The notes below the pieces were generated by a model. It had not been told where the DNA came from. It was given only the letters and a program-made list of their open reading frames with translations, and ran no database searches. From Bacteriovoracaceae bacterium (GTDB taxonomy: Bacteria; Bdellovibrionota; Bacteriovoracia; Bacteriovoracales; Bacteriovoracaceae), in assembly GCA_947448095.1 (NCBI GenBank), contig CANFNN010000001.1, positions 1 to 32,418 on the forward strand: 32,418 nucleotides of DNA. Reading direction: 5' to 3'. This document shows, piece by piece, positions 18,594 to 27,177 of this stretch; within the stretch, counting starts at the first letter, position 1, and each line of letters opens with the position of its first letter. A program made the position numbers and the translations under genes.

Positions 18594-18926
18594 TTAAATA
18601 GAGAAAGACTCCCCACAACCACAAGTATTTTTAGCGTTGGGATTGTCAAAACTAAACCCTTTCCCATTAAGGCCATCTTTGAAATCTAGCACGATACCTT
18701 TAAGGTAAATAACAGACTTAGGGTCCACCAATATTTTGATGCCATTAAAATCAAGCTCATTGTCTCGGTCTTTTTTATCAGAGAATTCAATTTTATAAGA
18801 CAAACCGGAGCATCCTCCTCCAGTAACTGCAAGCCTCAAGCCCCGCTTTCCGTCGGCATTTTCATTCTTTGAAATCACCCTAATTTGCTCTAGGGCCTTA
18901 TCTGTAATTGTTATAATTTGTTCCAT
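18594..18926 (-). CDS. iscA: HesB/IscA family A-type Fe-S carrier
   Basis: ITITDKA, LRLAVTGGGCSGLSY, NPNAKNTCGCGESF. Confidence 0.93.
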   Translation of the reverse strand: MEQIITITDKALEQIRVISKNENADGKRGLRLAVTGGGCSGLSYKIEFSDKKDRDNELDFNGIKILVDPKSVIYLKGIVLDFKDGLNGKGFSFDNPNAKNTCGCGESFSI

Positions 18927-19063
18927 AAATACCTACTCTTAAGTGATGCCACATAGATAAGCTAATAGTAGCACATTATCAATTCATAAGTGCGTTAGAC
19001 ATAGCTTTCCCTATGGGAATACGGCACCTTAAGTTTATAATAGAAGTGTTCTTAAAGGAATTT

Positions 19064-19711
19064 ATGACCTTAACGCTTTATCATTATGTCCATTGCCCAT
19101 ACTGCGTGCGCGTTCGCATGGCATTGGGGTACCTGAATCTAGATTATACTTCCAATGTGCTGGCCTATAATGACGAAATGACACCCGTAGGTCTCACAGG
19201 CAAAAAGATGCTGCCCATTTTAAAGCACGACCAGGGTGTATTAAACGAAAGCCTAGATATTATTCAATTCATTGATAAGGCCAATAAGTTGAAAGTCGAG
19301 GAAATCGTAGGTAGTGACTCCTTCAAAAAGGTTGAAGCCATCCTTACAAAAATCTCAAGCCCAATTCACTCACTCACAATGCCCTATTGGATTTATACAC
19401 CTGAGTTTTCTGAAGCTTCACGAATATATTTTCAAAAAAAGAAGGAAGAAAAACGTGGGCCTTTTTCAGAACTGGTTAAACAAAGAGATCACTATATTAA
19501 AGAACTGGCCCCTGATTTAAAAAAAATTGAAGATTGTTTAATTCCGTTTTATGGATCAAGCGAATTGGGTTTACTAGATATACTCATTGCCTCTCATCTC
19601 TGGGGACTATACGTAGTGCCGGAATTTCAATTCTCAGAAAAAATTCACCACTATCTTCAATCAATAAAACAATACTGTCGTTTCAATTACCATAAAGACT
19701 TTTGGGGCTAA
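19064..19711 (+). CDS. grxB: Glutaredoxin 2 (GrxB family)
   Basis: LYHYVHCPYCVRVRM, GKKMLPIL, ESLDII, PEF....R.YF..KKE..G.F. Start moved to ATG 19064 (AAGGA SD). Confidence 0.9.
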   Translation: MTLTLYHYVHCPYCVRVRMALGYLNLDYTSNVLAYNDEMTPVGLTGKKMLPILKHDQGVLNESLDIIQFIDKANKLKVEEIVGSDSFKKVEAILTKISSPIHSLTMPYWIYTPEFSEASRIYFQKKKEEKRGPFSELVKQRDHYIKELAPDLKKIEDCLIPFYGSSELGLLDILIASHLWGLYVVPEFQFSEKIHHYLQSIKQYCRFNYHKDFWG

Positions 19712-19712
19712 T

Positions 19713-20486
19713 GTGAAAGTTATTCTAAAACTTCAAACCAATACGATTCAATCCGAAATTCCTATCGAGGGCCATAAATCCATCGTTCTTGGACGAGGTA
19801 GTCTTAGTAACCATATCATCGATGATGCTTTAATGAGCGGAGCCCACTGTAAGATAGTACTCTCTCCAACAAAATTAGAAATTATCGACTTAGAATCGAA
19901 AAATGGAACCTATTTAAACGGCTTACGAATTGAGCAATCCGAAATTTTCCTTGGGGATGAAATCCGAGTAGGACAAACTAAAATTACTATTTTTTCTGAA
20001 AAAATGGATACTGCCTCAGTCCATACGTTGACATTTCCTGGGGCTACGAGGGACAGGCAAAGTCATGGTCTTCAATTGGATTTTACTGGAGCAAGGATGC
20101 TTAACCAGGGCCAGGTAAAATCGGGCCAACCGGAAGCGAAACCTACCACTAGTTCAAATAAAGAATTAGAAGTTAGAAAAAAAATTAAAAGCAATATAAA
20201 GCTTTCAAAGCATGAAGTCAGAATCAGGAATAAAAACCGGGCTTCCATGGCTTCAATGCTGGACGTTTTTTTCACTATTTTTTCAATAGCTATTCCACTC
20301 ATTTTGACGAATTTAATTATTATTATAAGCCCAGCATTAATTCAAAAGCACCGGCTTGCAGTGATGATGGCAAGTGTGGCCTCATGCTTTTGTTTATTTT
20401 ACTTTTTAAATTTTAAGCTATTTAAGTTTACGTGTGGTGAAAAATTGACCGGAATCGAAAAACTCTATCATGCCCAGGACAATTAG
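19713..20486 (+). CDS. FHA domain membrane protein
   Basis: LGRG, MSGAH, DLESKNGTYLNG, GDEIRVG FHA motifs; two C-terminal TM helices in an RDD-like frame. Confidence 0.85.
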   Translation: MKVILKLQTNTIQSEIPIEGHKSIVLGRGSLSNHIIDDALMSGAHCKIVLSPTKLEIIDLESKNGTYLNGLRIEQSEIFLGDEIRVGQTKITIFSEKMDTASVHTLTFPGATRDRQSHGLQLDFTGARMLNQGQVKSGQPEAKPTTSSNKELEVRKKIKSNIKLSKHEVRIRNKNRASMASMLDVFFTIFSIAIPLILTNLIIIISPALIQKHRLAVMMASVASCFCLFYFLNFKLFKFTCGEKLTGIEKLYHAQDN

Positions 20487-21055
20487 GTCCTAGGCTTCCA
20501 AAGAATTTCCTGTGCGTTGGCCTTTTTATTAATAAATCGGGCCAAAACGAAAAAATAATCCGACAAGCGGTTAAGAAATATCAGACCAAGGGCAGGTAGT
20601 TCTTCTTTCTTGTTTTCTTCATAAAAAACAAGCTTCCTCTCCACTGTTCTCGTTCCAGTTCTAACAAGATGAAATGCTGAAGCAGCCGGAGTGCCACCGG
20701 GCAAAATAAAATTTTTAAGTGGCTCTAATTCCGAATCCATCCTATCGATTTCTTTTTCAATTTCTGTAATCAAAGCAGGCGTAATTTGTGGCAGCTTGTA
20801 ATTCAGACGGTTTTCAATTTCACAGGCCATATTGGATCCAAGATCAAAAAGTGCTGACTGAACCGTATGAAGGAAAATAATTTCGCGCGAAAAGCTAGTA
20901 TCTAAAAGCGAACAGGCATACCCAATGCGGGAATTTAGCTCATCCAAGTCTCCATAAAGATCAATACGTATATCAGATTTCATAATACGATTTCCACTTA
21001 CAAGTCCGGTTTTCCCTTCATCACCAGTGCGAGTGTAAATTTGTGACTTTTTCAT
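20483..21055 (-). CDS. PduO-type ATP:cob(I)alamin adenosyltransferase
   Basis: IYTRTGD.G.TGL..G.R..K...RI..YG.LDELNS, FILPGG, R...R..ER, FLNRLSDYFF.LAR. Confidence 0.95.
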   Translation of the reverse strand: MKKSQIYTRTGDEGKTGLVSGNRIMKSDIRIDLYGDLDELNSRIGYACSLLDTSFSREIIFLHTVQSALFDLGSNMACEIENRLNYKLPQITPALITEIEKEIDRMDSELEPLKNFILPGGTPAASAFHLVRTGTRTVERKLVFYEENKKEELPALGLIFLNRLSDYFFVLARFINKKANAQEILWKPRT

Positions 21056-24000
21056 TACATATTCCTTCTATAGCGACCACCAACCTCGTAGAGAATTGAG
21101 GTTATTTCTCCAAGACTGCAATAGCGAACAGTGGTCAAGAGTTCTTCAAAAATATTTCCACCAGACAGAGCGACCTGACGAAGCTTATTTAAGCAAGCTC
21201 CCGACTTATCCTTATGTTTACTTTTAAAATTTTCAAGACGCTGGATCTGATCATTTTTTTCAGATTCTGAGGCCCTCGAAAGTTCAATCGGTTTCCAATC
21301 TTGCATTTTTTCAGGCAAAAATGTGTTTACACCAATGATAGGAAATTCACCTGAATCTTTTAGTGTTTCGTAATAAAGAGATTCTTCCTGAATTTTTCCA
21401 CGCTGATACATGGACTCCATGGAACCAAGAACTCCTCCCTTGTCAGAAATTCTTTCAAATTCAGACAAGACAGCTTCCTCCATAAGTTCAGCTAATTCCT
21501 CTACGATGTAAGACCCCTGTAAAGGGTTATCAGTTTTGTTCAAACCAAACTCACGATTAATAATGAGTTGAATCGCCATAGCACGTCTGACAGATTCCTC
21601 TGTAGGAGTGGTTATCGCTTCATCATAAGCATTGGTGTGAAGAGAATTACAATTATCTGAAAGGGCTAAAAAAGCCTGTAACGTCGTTCGTATATCGTTA
21701 AAATCAATTTCTTGAGCATGCAACGAGCGACCAGAAGTTTGGATGTGGTATTTCAATTTCTGTGATTTATCCGAAGCCCCATATTTCTCTTTCATGGAAA
21801 CGGCCCAAATCTTTCGTGCAACTCGCCCAAGGACTGTGTATTCAGGGTCTAAGCCATTAGAAAAGAAAAACGAAAGATTCTCACAAAAGTCATCTATGTG
21901 CATACCTCGGCTCAAATAATACTCAACGTAGGTAAATCCGTTTGAGAGGGTGAGGGCCAATTGGGTAATTGGATTCGCTCCGGCCTCAGCAATATGATAA
22001 CCCGAGATCGAAACAGAATAATAATTTTTTATTTTATGTTTACAGAAATATTCCTGAACATCACCCATCATTTTAAGAGCAAATTCCAGTGAGAAAATAC
22101 ACGTATTCTGAGCCTGATCTTCTTTAAGAATATCTGCCTGAACTGTGCCACGTACTTTGCGCATGACTTCACTCATCTTCTCTTTGTTTTCCTGCTCTGA
22201 TTCCGGCAAAGTCCCATTAATGGCAGTGTTCATAAACATGGCCAAAATAATCGGAGCTGGGCCGTTGATTGTCATTGAAACTGATGTCGAAGGTGAAGTG
22301 AGATCAAAGCCTTTATAGAGCTCCATCATATCATCCAACATACAAATAGAAACTCCTGACTCACCTACTTTGCCGTAGATATCAGGTCTCTTCGCTGGGT
22401 CTTCGCCGTAAAGAGTGACTGAATCAAAGGCAGTGGATAGACGTTTGGCGGAATCATTTTTTGATAGGTAGTGAAAACGGGCGTTGGTGCGCTTAGGGCC
22501 ACCCTCACCAGCAAATTGGCGTTTTGGATCTTCGTCTGCTCGCTTGAATGGAAAAACTCCAGCAGCAAAAGGATAAAATCCAGGAAGGTTCTGGGCCCGG
22601 ATGAACTTCATTTTTTCAGAAGAATAATAAAACTTAGGAAAACCAACTTTAGAAATATCACTATGAGAGAGTGATTTGTACTTTGTTGGTACCTTGTTCT
22701 CTTTACCTCGGACGATATAAGTGTGCTCGCCCTTGGTGTACTCATCAATAATTTTATCAAATGCAGCAATTTCCTCAAGCTCAGATTTTAGCTCTTTGGC
22801 TAATATATCTTTTTTATTTTTAATCGCCGTATTTTCACTCATGATTTTGCAAACTTCACCCAGGCTTTCATATTGGCGAAGCTTATCAACCGAATTCTGG
22901 GCCAATTTATTATAAGTACGAACAGTTTCAGATATATCTCTTAAGTAATTCACTCTTGAAGCAGGGATAATGGATTGCTTTTTTTCCGGCGAACGATCGG
23001 CCAGGACCTGATTTAATTCTGGATTAAATGCGAAACCAATCGCTTGGGTCATGTCTTTAAACAGGGCATTTACACCGACGTCATTAAATTTTGACGCCAT
23101 CGTTCCATAAATAGGAAGCTCATTATCGGTTGGTGATCCCGGGTGATTGGCAAAAAGGACTTTGTTTCTTCTGAATTGTTTTCTCACATCCCGCAGAGCA
23201 TCTTCACTTCGTGGTTTTTCAAATTTGTTGACAGCAATAAAATCTGCAACTTCTAACATTTCTATTTTTTCAAGCTGAGTGGCTGCACCAAACTCAGGAG
23301 TCATGACGTAAAGAGTTTTATCAGCAACTTTAGTAATTTCATCCGATGCCTGACCAATGCCTGAGGTTTCAATCATGATGAGATCAAAATCTTGAGTCTT
23401 TAAAAACTCTACCACTTTCTTAATTTCTGGAGACAACTCGTTGGCGGAGTCCCGAGTTGCTAAAGACCTAATATAAAAATTCTTACAAGAGGCTGCTCCC
23501 AAGCGAATTCTGTCTCCAAGGAGAGCGCCCTGGTTTTTTTTCTTGGTAGGATCAACGGATACAAGTGCTACTTTTTTATCACTATAATATAAATTAAATC
23601 TCAGAAGGATTTCATCAATCAATGAAGATTTTCCGGCGCCACCAGTCCCAGTAATTCCAAACACCGGGATTTTTTTAGCTTTCACATGAAAAGGAAATTC
23701 ACGATTATTTTCGATATAGGTAATAACCTTTGCGACCTCATAAGTTGATAGGTTTTTATTTTCCAGCAATTTAAAATTAACGTCCTCAATGGTGGAATAG
23801 TCACACTTATTGATCATGTCTTCGATAATGCCATTTAGGCCTAAACTTGTTCCATCATTTGGGTGATAGATTCTGGTGATTCCCCGCTTATGAAGTTCCG
23901 TGATTTCGGGGGGGGTTATGACCCCACCTCCTCCACCGAAGATGCGTACATTTTTCCCACCATTTTTATCCAGTAGTTCCCTGACGTAGGTAAAGTATTC

Positions 24001-24210
24001 CATATGTCCGCCCTGATAGGAGCTTAGGGCTATGGCATGGGCATCTTCAGATAAGGCCGCCTCAACCACTTCCTGAGCAGAACGGTTGTGACCAAGATGA
24101 ATGACCTCGACTCCCTTGGACTGAAGTAATCGACGCATGATATTGATCGAAGCATCGTGCCCATCAAAAAGACTGGCAGCCGTTACAAAACGTAATTTTC
24201 TAGTGTTCAT
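21055..24210 (-). CDS. icmF: Fused isobutyryl-CoA mutase / GTPase metallochaperone IcmF
   Basis: N-terminal B12 domain FDGHDASINIMRR, P-loop GITGTGGAGKSS, GDRIR, ETSGIGQ, NKFE, mutase barrel RQFAGEG, RLSTAFDSVTLYG, TVQADILKEDQ, YHIQTSGRSLH. Start likely ATG 24210. Confidence 0.95.
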   Translation of the reverse strand: MNTRKLRFVTAASLFDGHDASINIMRRLLQSKGVEVIHLGHNRSAQEVVEAALSEDAHAIALSSYQGGHMEYFTYVRELLDKNGGKNVRIFGGGGGVITPPEITELHKRGITRIYHPNDGTSLGLNGIIEDMINKCDYSTIEDVNFKLLENKNLSTYEVAKVITYIENNREFPFHVKAKKIPVFGITGTGGAGKSSLIDEILLRFNLYYSDKKVALVSVDPTKKKNQGALLGDRIRLGAASCKNFYIRSLATRDSANELSPEIKKVVEFLKTQDFDLIMIETSGIGQASDEITKVADKTLYVMTPEFGAATQLEKIEMLEVADFIAVNKFEKPRSEDALRDVRKQFRRNKVLFANHPGSPTDNELPIYGTMASKFNDVGVNALFKDMTQAIGFAFNPELNQVLADRSPEKKQSIIPASRVNYLRDISETVRTYNKLAQNSVDKLRQYESLGEVCKIMSENTAIKNKKDILAKELKSELEEIAAFDKIIDEYTKGEHTYIVRGKENKVPTKYKSLSHSDISKVGFPKFYYSSEKMKFIRAQNLPGFYPFAAGVFPFKRADEDPKRQFAGEGGPKRTNARFHYLSKNDSAKRLSTAFDSVTLYGEDPAKRPDIYGKVGESGVSICMLDDMMELYKGFDLTSPSTSVSMTINGPAPIILAMFMNTAINGTLPESEQENKEKMSEVMRKVRGTVQADILKEDQAQNTCIFSLEFALKMMGDVQEYFCKHKIKNYYSVSISGYHIAEAGANPITQLALTLSNGFTYVEYYLSRGMHIDDFCENLSFFFSNGLDPEYTVLGRVARKIWAVSMKEKYGASDKSQKLKYHIQTSGRSLHAQEIDFNDIRTTLQAFLALSDNCNSLHTNAYDEAITTPTEESVRRAMAIQLIINREFGLNKTDNPLQGSYIVEELAELMEEAVLSEFERISDKGGVLGSMESMYQRGKIQEESLYYETLKDSGEFPIIGVNTFLPEKMQDWKPIELSRASESEKNDQIQRLENFKSKHKDKSGACLNKLRQVALSGGNIFEELLTTVRYCSLGEITSILYEVGGRYRRNM

Positions 24211-24351
24211 ATAGGGTCCTTGGATCAAAAAAGAGCTTTTAAATAGTGCGTCATTGGAAAAGAAATGTCTGAGCTAATTCAAGCACGACAGGCATAAATT
24301 GTATAAGGAAATGCTTTATCGCTTAAGCGCAAAAGTGTATAATCATGAACT

Positions 24352-24738
24352 ATGAGTGAAGAAATTAAAGTTGAAAACCCATTCCATGCTGCCCGTTTTA
24401 AGCCCAATCGTAAGGGTAAAAAACCACCTAAACTTATAGCCGTGGTTCATCAATCAGGTTGTACCGGATGTGAAGTCTGTATTGCAGGATGTCCTGTTGA
24501 TTCAATTGAATTAGTACCAGGTCCCGACCCAAAAAATCCGACTTACCAACAAATGGTTGAAATCGATCTGGCCCGTTGTATTGGGTGTCAGAACTGCTCT
24601 CAGGATTGCCCATGGGAAACAATTACGATGTATCAGCATGACGATGCCTTTACTGCCTGGGGCAATGAAACACTCGTATCTGGTCTCTATATCGATGAGT
24701 CCAAAGTAGAAGAAATTAAGAAAGAAGTTGTTGTTTAA
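24352..24738 (+). CDS. 2[4Fe-4S] ferredoxin
   Basis: Two CxxCxxCxxxCP motifs: CTGCEVCIAGCP and CIGCQNCSQDCP. Confidence 0.92.
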   Translation: MSEEIKVENPFHAARFKPNRKGKKPPKLIAVVHQSGCTGCEVCIAGCPVDSIELVPGPDPKNPTYQQMVEIDLARCIGCQNCSQDCPWETITMYQHDDAFTAWGNETLVSGLYIDESKVEEIKKEVVV

Positions 24739-24838
24739 AGATAATAATCTCTTTTTTAGATAGATTACATTCCGTTTATCTACTTTATATTGCACGAATA
24801 AACATCTATAAAACGCTCACTTAATCTCAAGAGGTTGT

Positions 24839-25234
24839 ATGCGAGCGTTATTCACTGTTCTTATTTTAATCTTCAGTTCATTCGCTTTTTCCAAAGTTAG
24901 TCACATCGACTCTTGCGAAAGTAATGAAAGCTGTCTGATCAATGCCAAATACAATCTCGCGATTAAATTGGTTCCCCAAAATAATGGGTTTCATTTATCC
25001 AGTGAATCTTTTCTTGCAGATACTATCTATCCAGGCGTTACTCTTTGTTTTCAAGGAAACGCTGACAAGGTTTGCTCAGTCCTTCAGTACATGTCAAAAA
25101 CTGATGGAGGGCATGCATCGATTGAAAAATTTGAGTGTCTTGTAAATGAGAAGAGTATCAAATTACGTTTTTTCATTAAATATGACGTCTACGAAAAAGA
25201 ACGAGTTGAGACTGAAATAAAAAAATGCAAATAA
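24839..25234 (+). CDS. Small secreted cysteine-containing hypothetical protein
   Basis: GAGG SD, signal peptide ending AFS, six Cys in the mature part. Confidence 0.75.
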   Translation: MRALFTVLILIFSSFAFSKVSHIDSCESNESCLINAKYNLAIKLVPQNNGFHLSSESFLADTIYPGVTLCFQGNADKVCSVLQYMSKTDGGHASIEKFECLVNEKSIKLRFFIKYDVYEKERVETEIKKCK

Positions 25235-25261
25235 ACACCAAGCTATCCGCTCGCCAAGTGT

Positions 25262-25843
25262 CTAAATTGTAATTGGCACAGATAGGCCTAGTAAGATTGA
25301 AGAATAATTTATTTCTGTATCGTAATCTGTCCCGCCGTAACTCATTTGATTTAAAGTGGCAGTTCTATATTCTATATTGATATCGATAAACGGAAGACCA
25401 GTAAATCCAAGCCCAAATTTACTTCCTGTCCCCTTGCTAAGATCAACTGACTGATTTGTGGAATTTTCAGTAGAACCATTTGCTGAGAAAATATACCCCG
25501 CATAGACTCGGATGAATAAAGGAAATTCATAGCCCAAAAACCCCGCCCACTCACTCATTGAAATATTCGTTTTAAAATCATCGCTATTCATGTCTATACT
25601 ACTTTTTAGGTAGTCAACTCCCAGTTGAAAGCCAAAATTCTGATAACCCAATCGTCCACCATACGCTCCACCCTTGCCGCCAGAGTAATTTTTATTTTGA
25701 GCAGGAAAATCATCAAATTTCAGATCGAATTTTGTTCCAATATTAAAACCAACCAGTGGTTCAATTAAAAGCGCGGCATGAGACTGGAAGGAAAATCCGA
25801 GAACAAGGGCAAGTAGAAGTGTGATTTGGCTTAAGCGTTTCAA
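25262..25843 (-). CDS. Small outer-membrane beta-barrel protein
   Basis: Signal peptide (SHA), alternating Gly/aromatic beta strands (YGGRLGY, FGLGF, INIEYR), C-terminal LGLSVPITI. Confidence 0.82.
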   Translation of the reverse strand: MKRLSQITLLLALVLGFSFQSHAALLIEPLVGFNIGTKFDLKFDDFPAQNKNYSGGKGGAYGGRLGYQNFGFQLGVDYLKSSIDMNSDDFKTNISMSEWAGFLGYEFPLFIRVYAGYIFSANGSTENSTNQSVDLSKGTGSKFGLGFTGLPFIDINIEYRTATLNQMSYGGTDYDTEINYSSILLGLSVPITI

Positions 25844-25844
25844 A

Positions 25845-25896
25845 AGGAAAGCTCCTGTTAATAAATAGTCTCGCTATTTATTTTAGAAGCTTTCCT
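25845..25896 (-). promoter_or_regulatory. Long hairpin covering the SD of the beta-barrel gene
   Basis: RNA AGGAAAGCUUCU-AA-AAUAAAUAG-CGAGA-CUAUUUAUU-AAC-AGGAGCUUUCCU forms 12-bp and 9-bp stems ending 1 nt before the UUG start. Confidence 0.6.
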
Positions 25897-25906
25897 GGAA
25901 TCTGCA

Positions 25907-27121
25907 TTACTTTTGTATCTTACCAATAAGGTCACTTAATTTTATCATGATGATCTCTTGCTGATTCGCGAGCTTAATTGCAACGTGTCCCTTGGGAACT
26001 TCCTGAATATTTTCGCTGGCAATGATTCTTCCTCGCTTGTCTTGTGCAATTTGCCCAACCATATCTCCCTCAGAGGCCATCATCTGGCCGATAGTACCCT
26101 TTCCAAAAACAACAATGTCGCCATCTTTTAAAGGATATTTACAAGTTAAACAGTTGTAGCGATTATCCACGATTAATGTATGACCTTGTTTCAAATTGAA
26201 ACTCGTCAAATCATCTTTGGTTTTAGTTAATGAGTAAAAGTTCATTTCTGAGCGCATAACCAATGCGAAGAGAAATGAGGCGGTAATAATCTGCATGACT
26301 TTAGATCGGTGGACGATAATGCCTTCAAATTCAAGATTTCTTAATTTGTCGTTTGGTTGACCATGCATTTGCATTTTGATTCGCTTATCAAAAATAAATT
26401 TTTTCAGCACCACTGAAAAAACCAGCGTCGTTATCATCATGACTAAAACTGAATACATAAATAATCTAAAAAAATACATTCCTTGCTGGTGAATTATCAC
26501 TTCCTGAGATTGAATCAAAAAAGTGAAGGTTAAAAATGCCAATGGCATAACCACCCAATTAAAAACATCTACAGTTCTATGCCGAAAGAACCATTCTTTT
26601 CTTTTTTGATGGTGGTCATATTGGACAAGTTTTGTTCTAAATTCTTCAAAGATATTGGGAGCGATGATACCTGGACATGCTTGGTTAAATCCTTCAAAAA
26701 CATAATCTACTCGCTCTAGACCTGAGCTAAAATAATGTTTAACACCATCCTTCATTTTAAAATAAAAGATAGAACCCCAAACGAAGCCTACCGATTCTAC
26801 ATTTTCAAAAAGAACTTCCTCTTTTTTGTGATGATTATGAATAGATAGGTGGGTCGCATAAACTTGTACGACTCGGTTTAATCTCGCTTTTAACCATAAA
26901 ATATAAAATAAACCAAAGGCAGCGAAGTAGGAAATTGTGAGCCATAATTCGTTTGTGAATTCATTATAAACAGATGCCCAGCGAGCTTGAGATAATTGAT
27001 GTCCCCAAAAAGAGAGAATTAGTCCTGAAATAACGAGAAGAGCTACCAGGTATATTTTATAATGACTGCGGTAACGAAGATATCGCGGCTGTACCGATAC
27101 AAAATTTGCTTTTGCTTCCAA
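25907..27121 (-). CDS. Membrane protein with a C-terminal degenerate S26 signal-peptidase-like domain
   Basis: Several TM helices, then LKQGHTLIVD..PLKDGDIVVF..IGQMMASEGDMV..VPKGHV..LIGK; AGGAG SD before TTG. Confidence 0.65.
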   Translation of the reverse strand: MEAKANFVSVQPRYLRYRSHYKIYLVALLVISGLILSFWGHQLSQARWASVYNEFTNELWLTISYFAAFGLFYILWLKARLNRVVQVYATHLSIHNHHKKEEVLFENVESVGFVWGSIFYFKMKDGVKHYFSSGLERVDYVFEGFNQACPGIIAPNIFEEFRTKLVQYDHHQKRKEWFFRHRTVDVFNWVVMPLAFLTFTFLIQSQEVIIHQQGMYFFRLFMYSVLVMMITTLVFSVVLKKFIFDKRIKMQMHGQPNDKLRNLEFEGIIVHRSKVMQIITASFLFALVMRSEMNFYSLTKTKDDLTSFNLKQGHTLIVDNRYNCLTCKYPLKDGDIVVFGKGTIGQMMASEGDMVGQIAQDKRGRIIASENIQEVPKGHVAIKLANQQEIIMIKLSDLIGKIQK

Positions 27122-27149
27122 AACATACTCCTGGTTGATTCCAAGCTCT

Positions 27150-27177
27150 GTATCGGTAGAATAAAGAACAAACTTGA
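27150..27177 (-). promoter_or_regulatory. Sigma-28 (FliA)-type promoter
   Basis: Minus strand TCAAG-N15-ACCGATAC in the 56-nt gap after the lgt stop. Confidence 0.65.

Noticed and set aside
24211-24351. Cobalamin riboswitch upstream of icmF
   Set aside because: The gap is only ~140 nt, AT-rich and shared with the divergent ferredoxin promoter; no B12-box seen.
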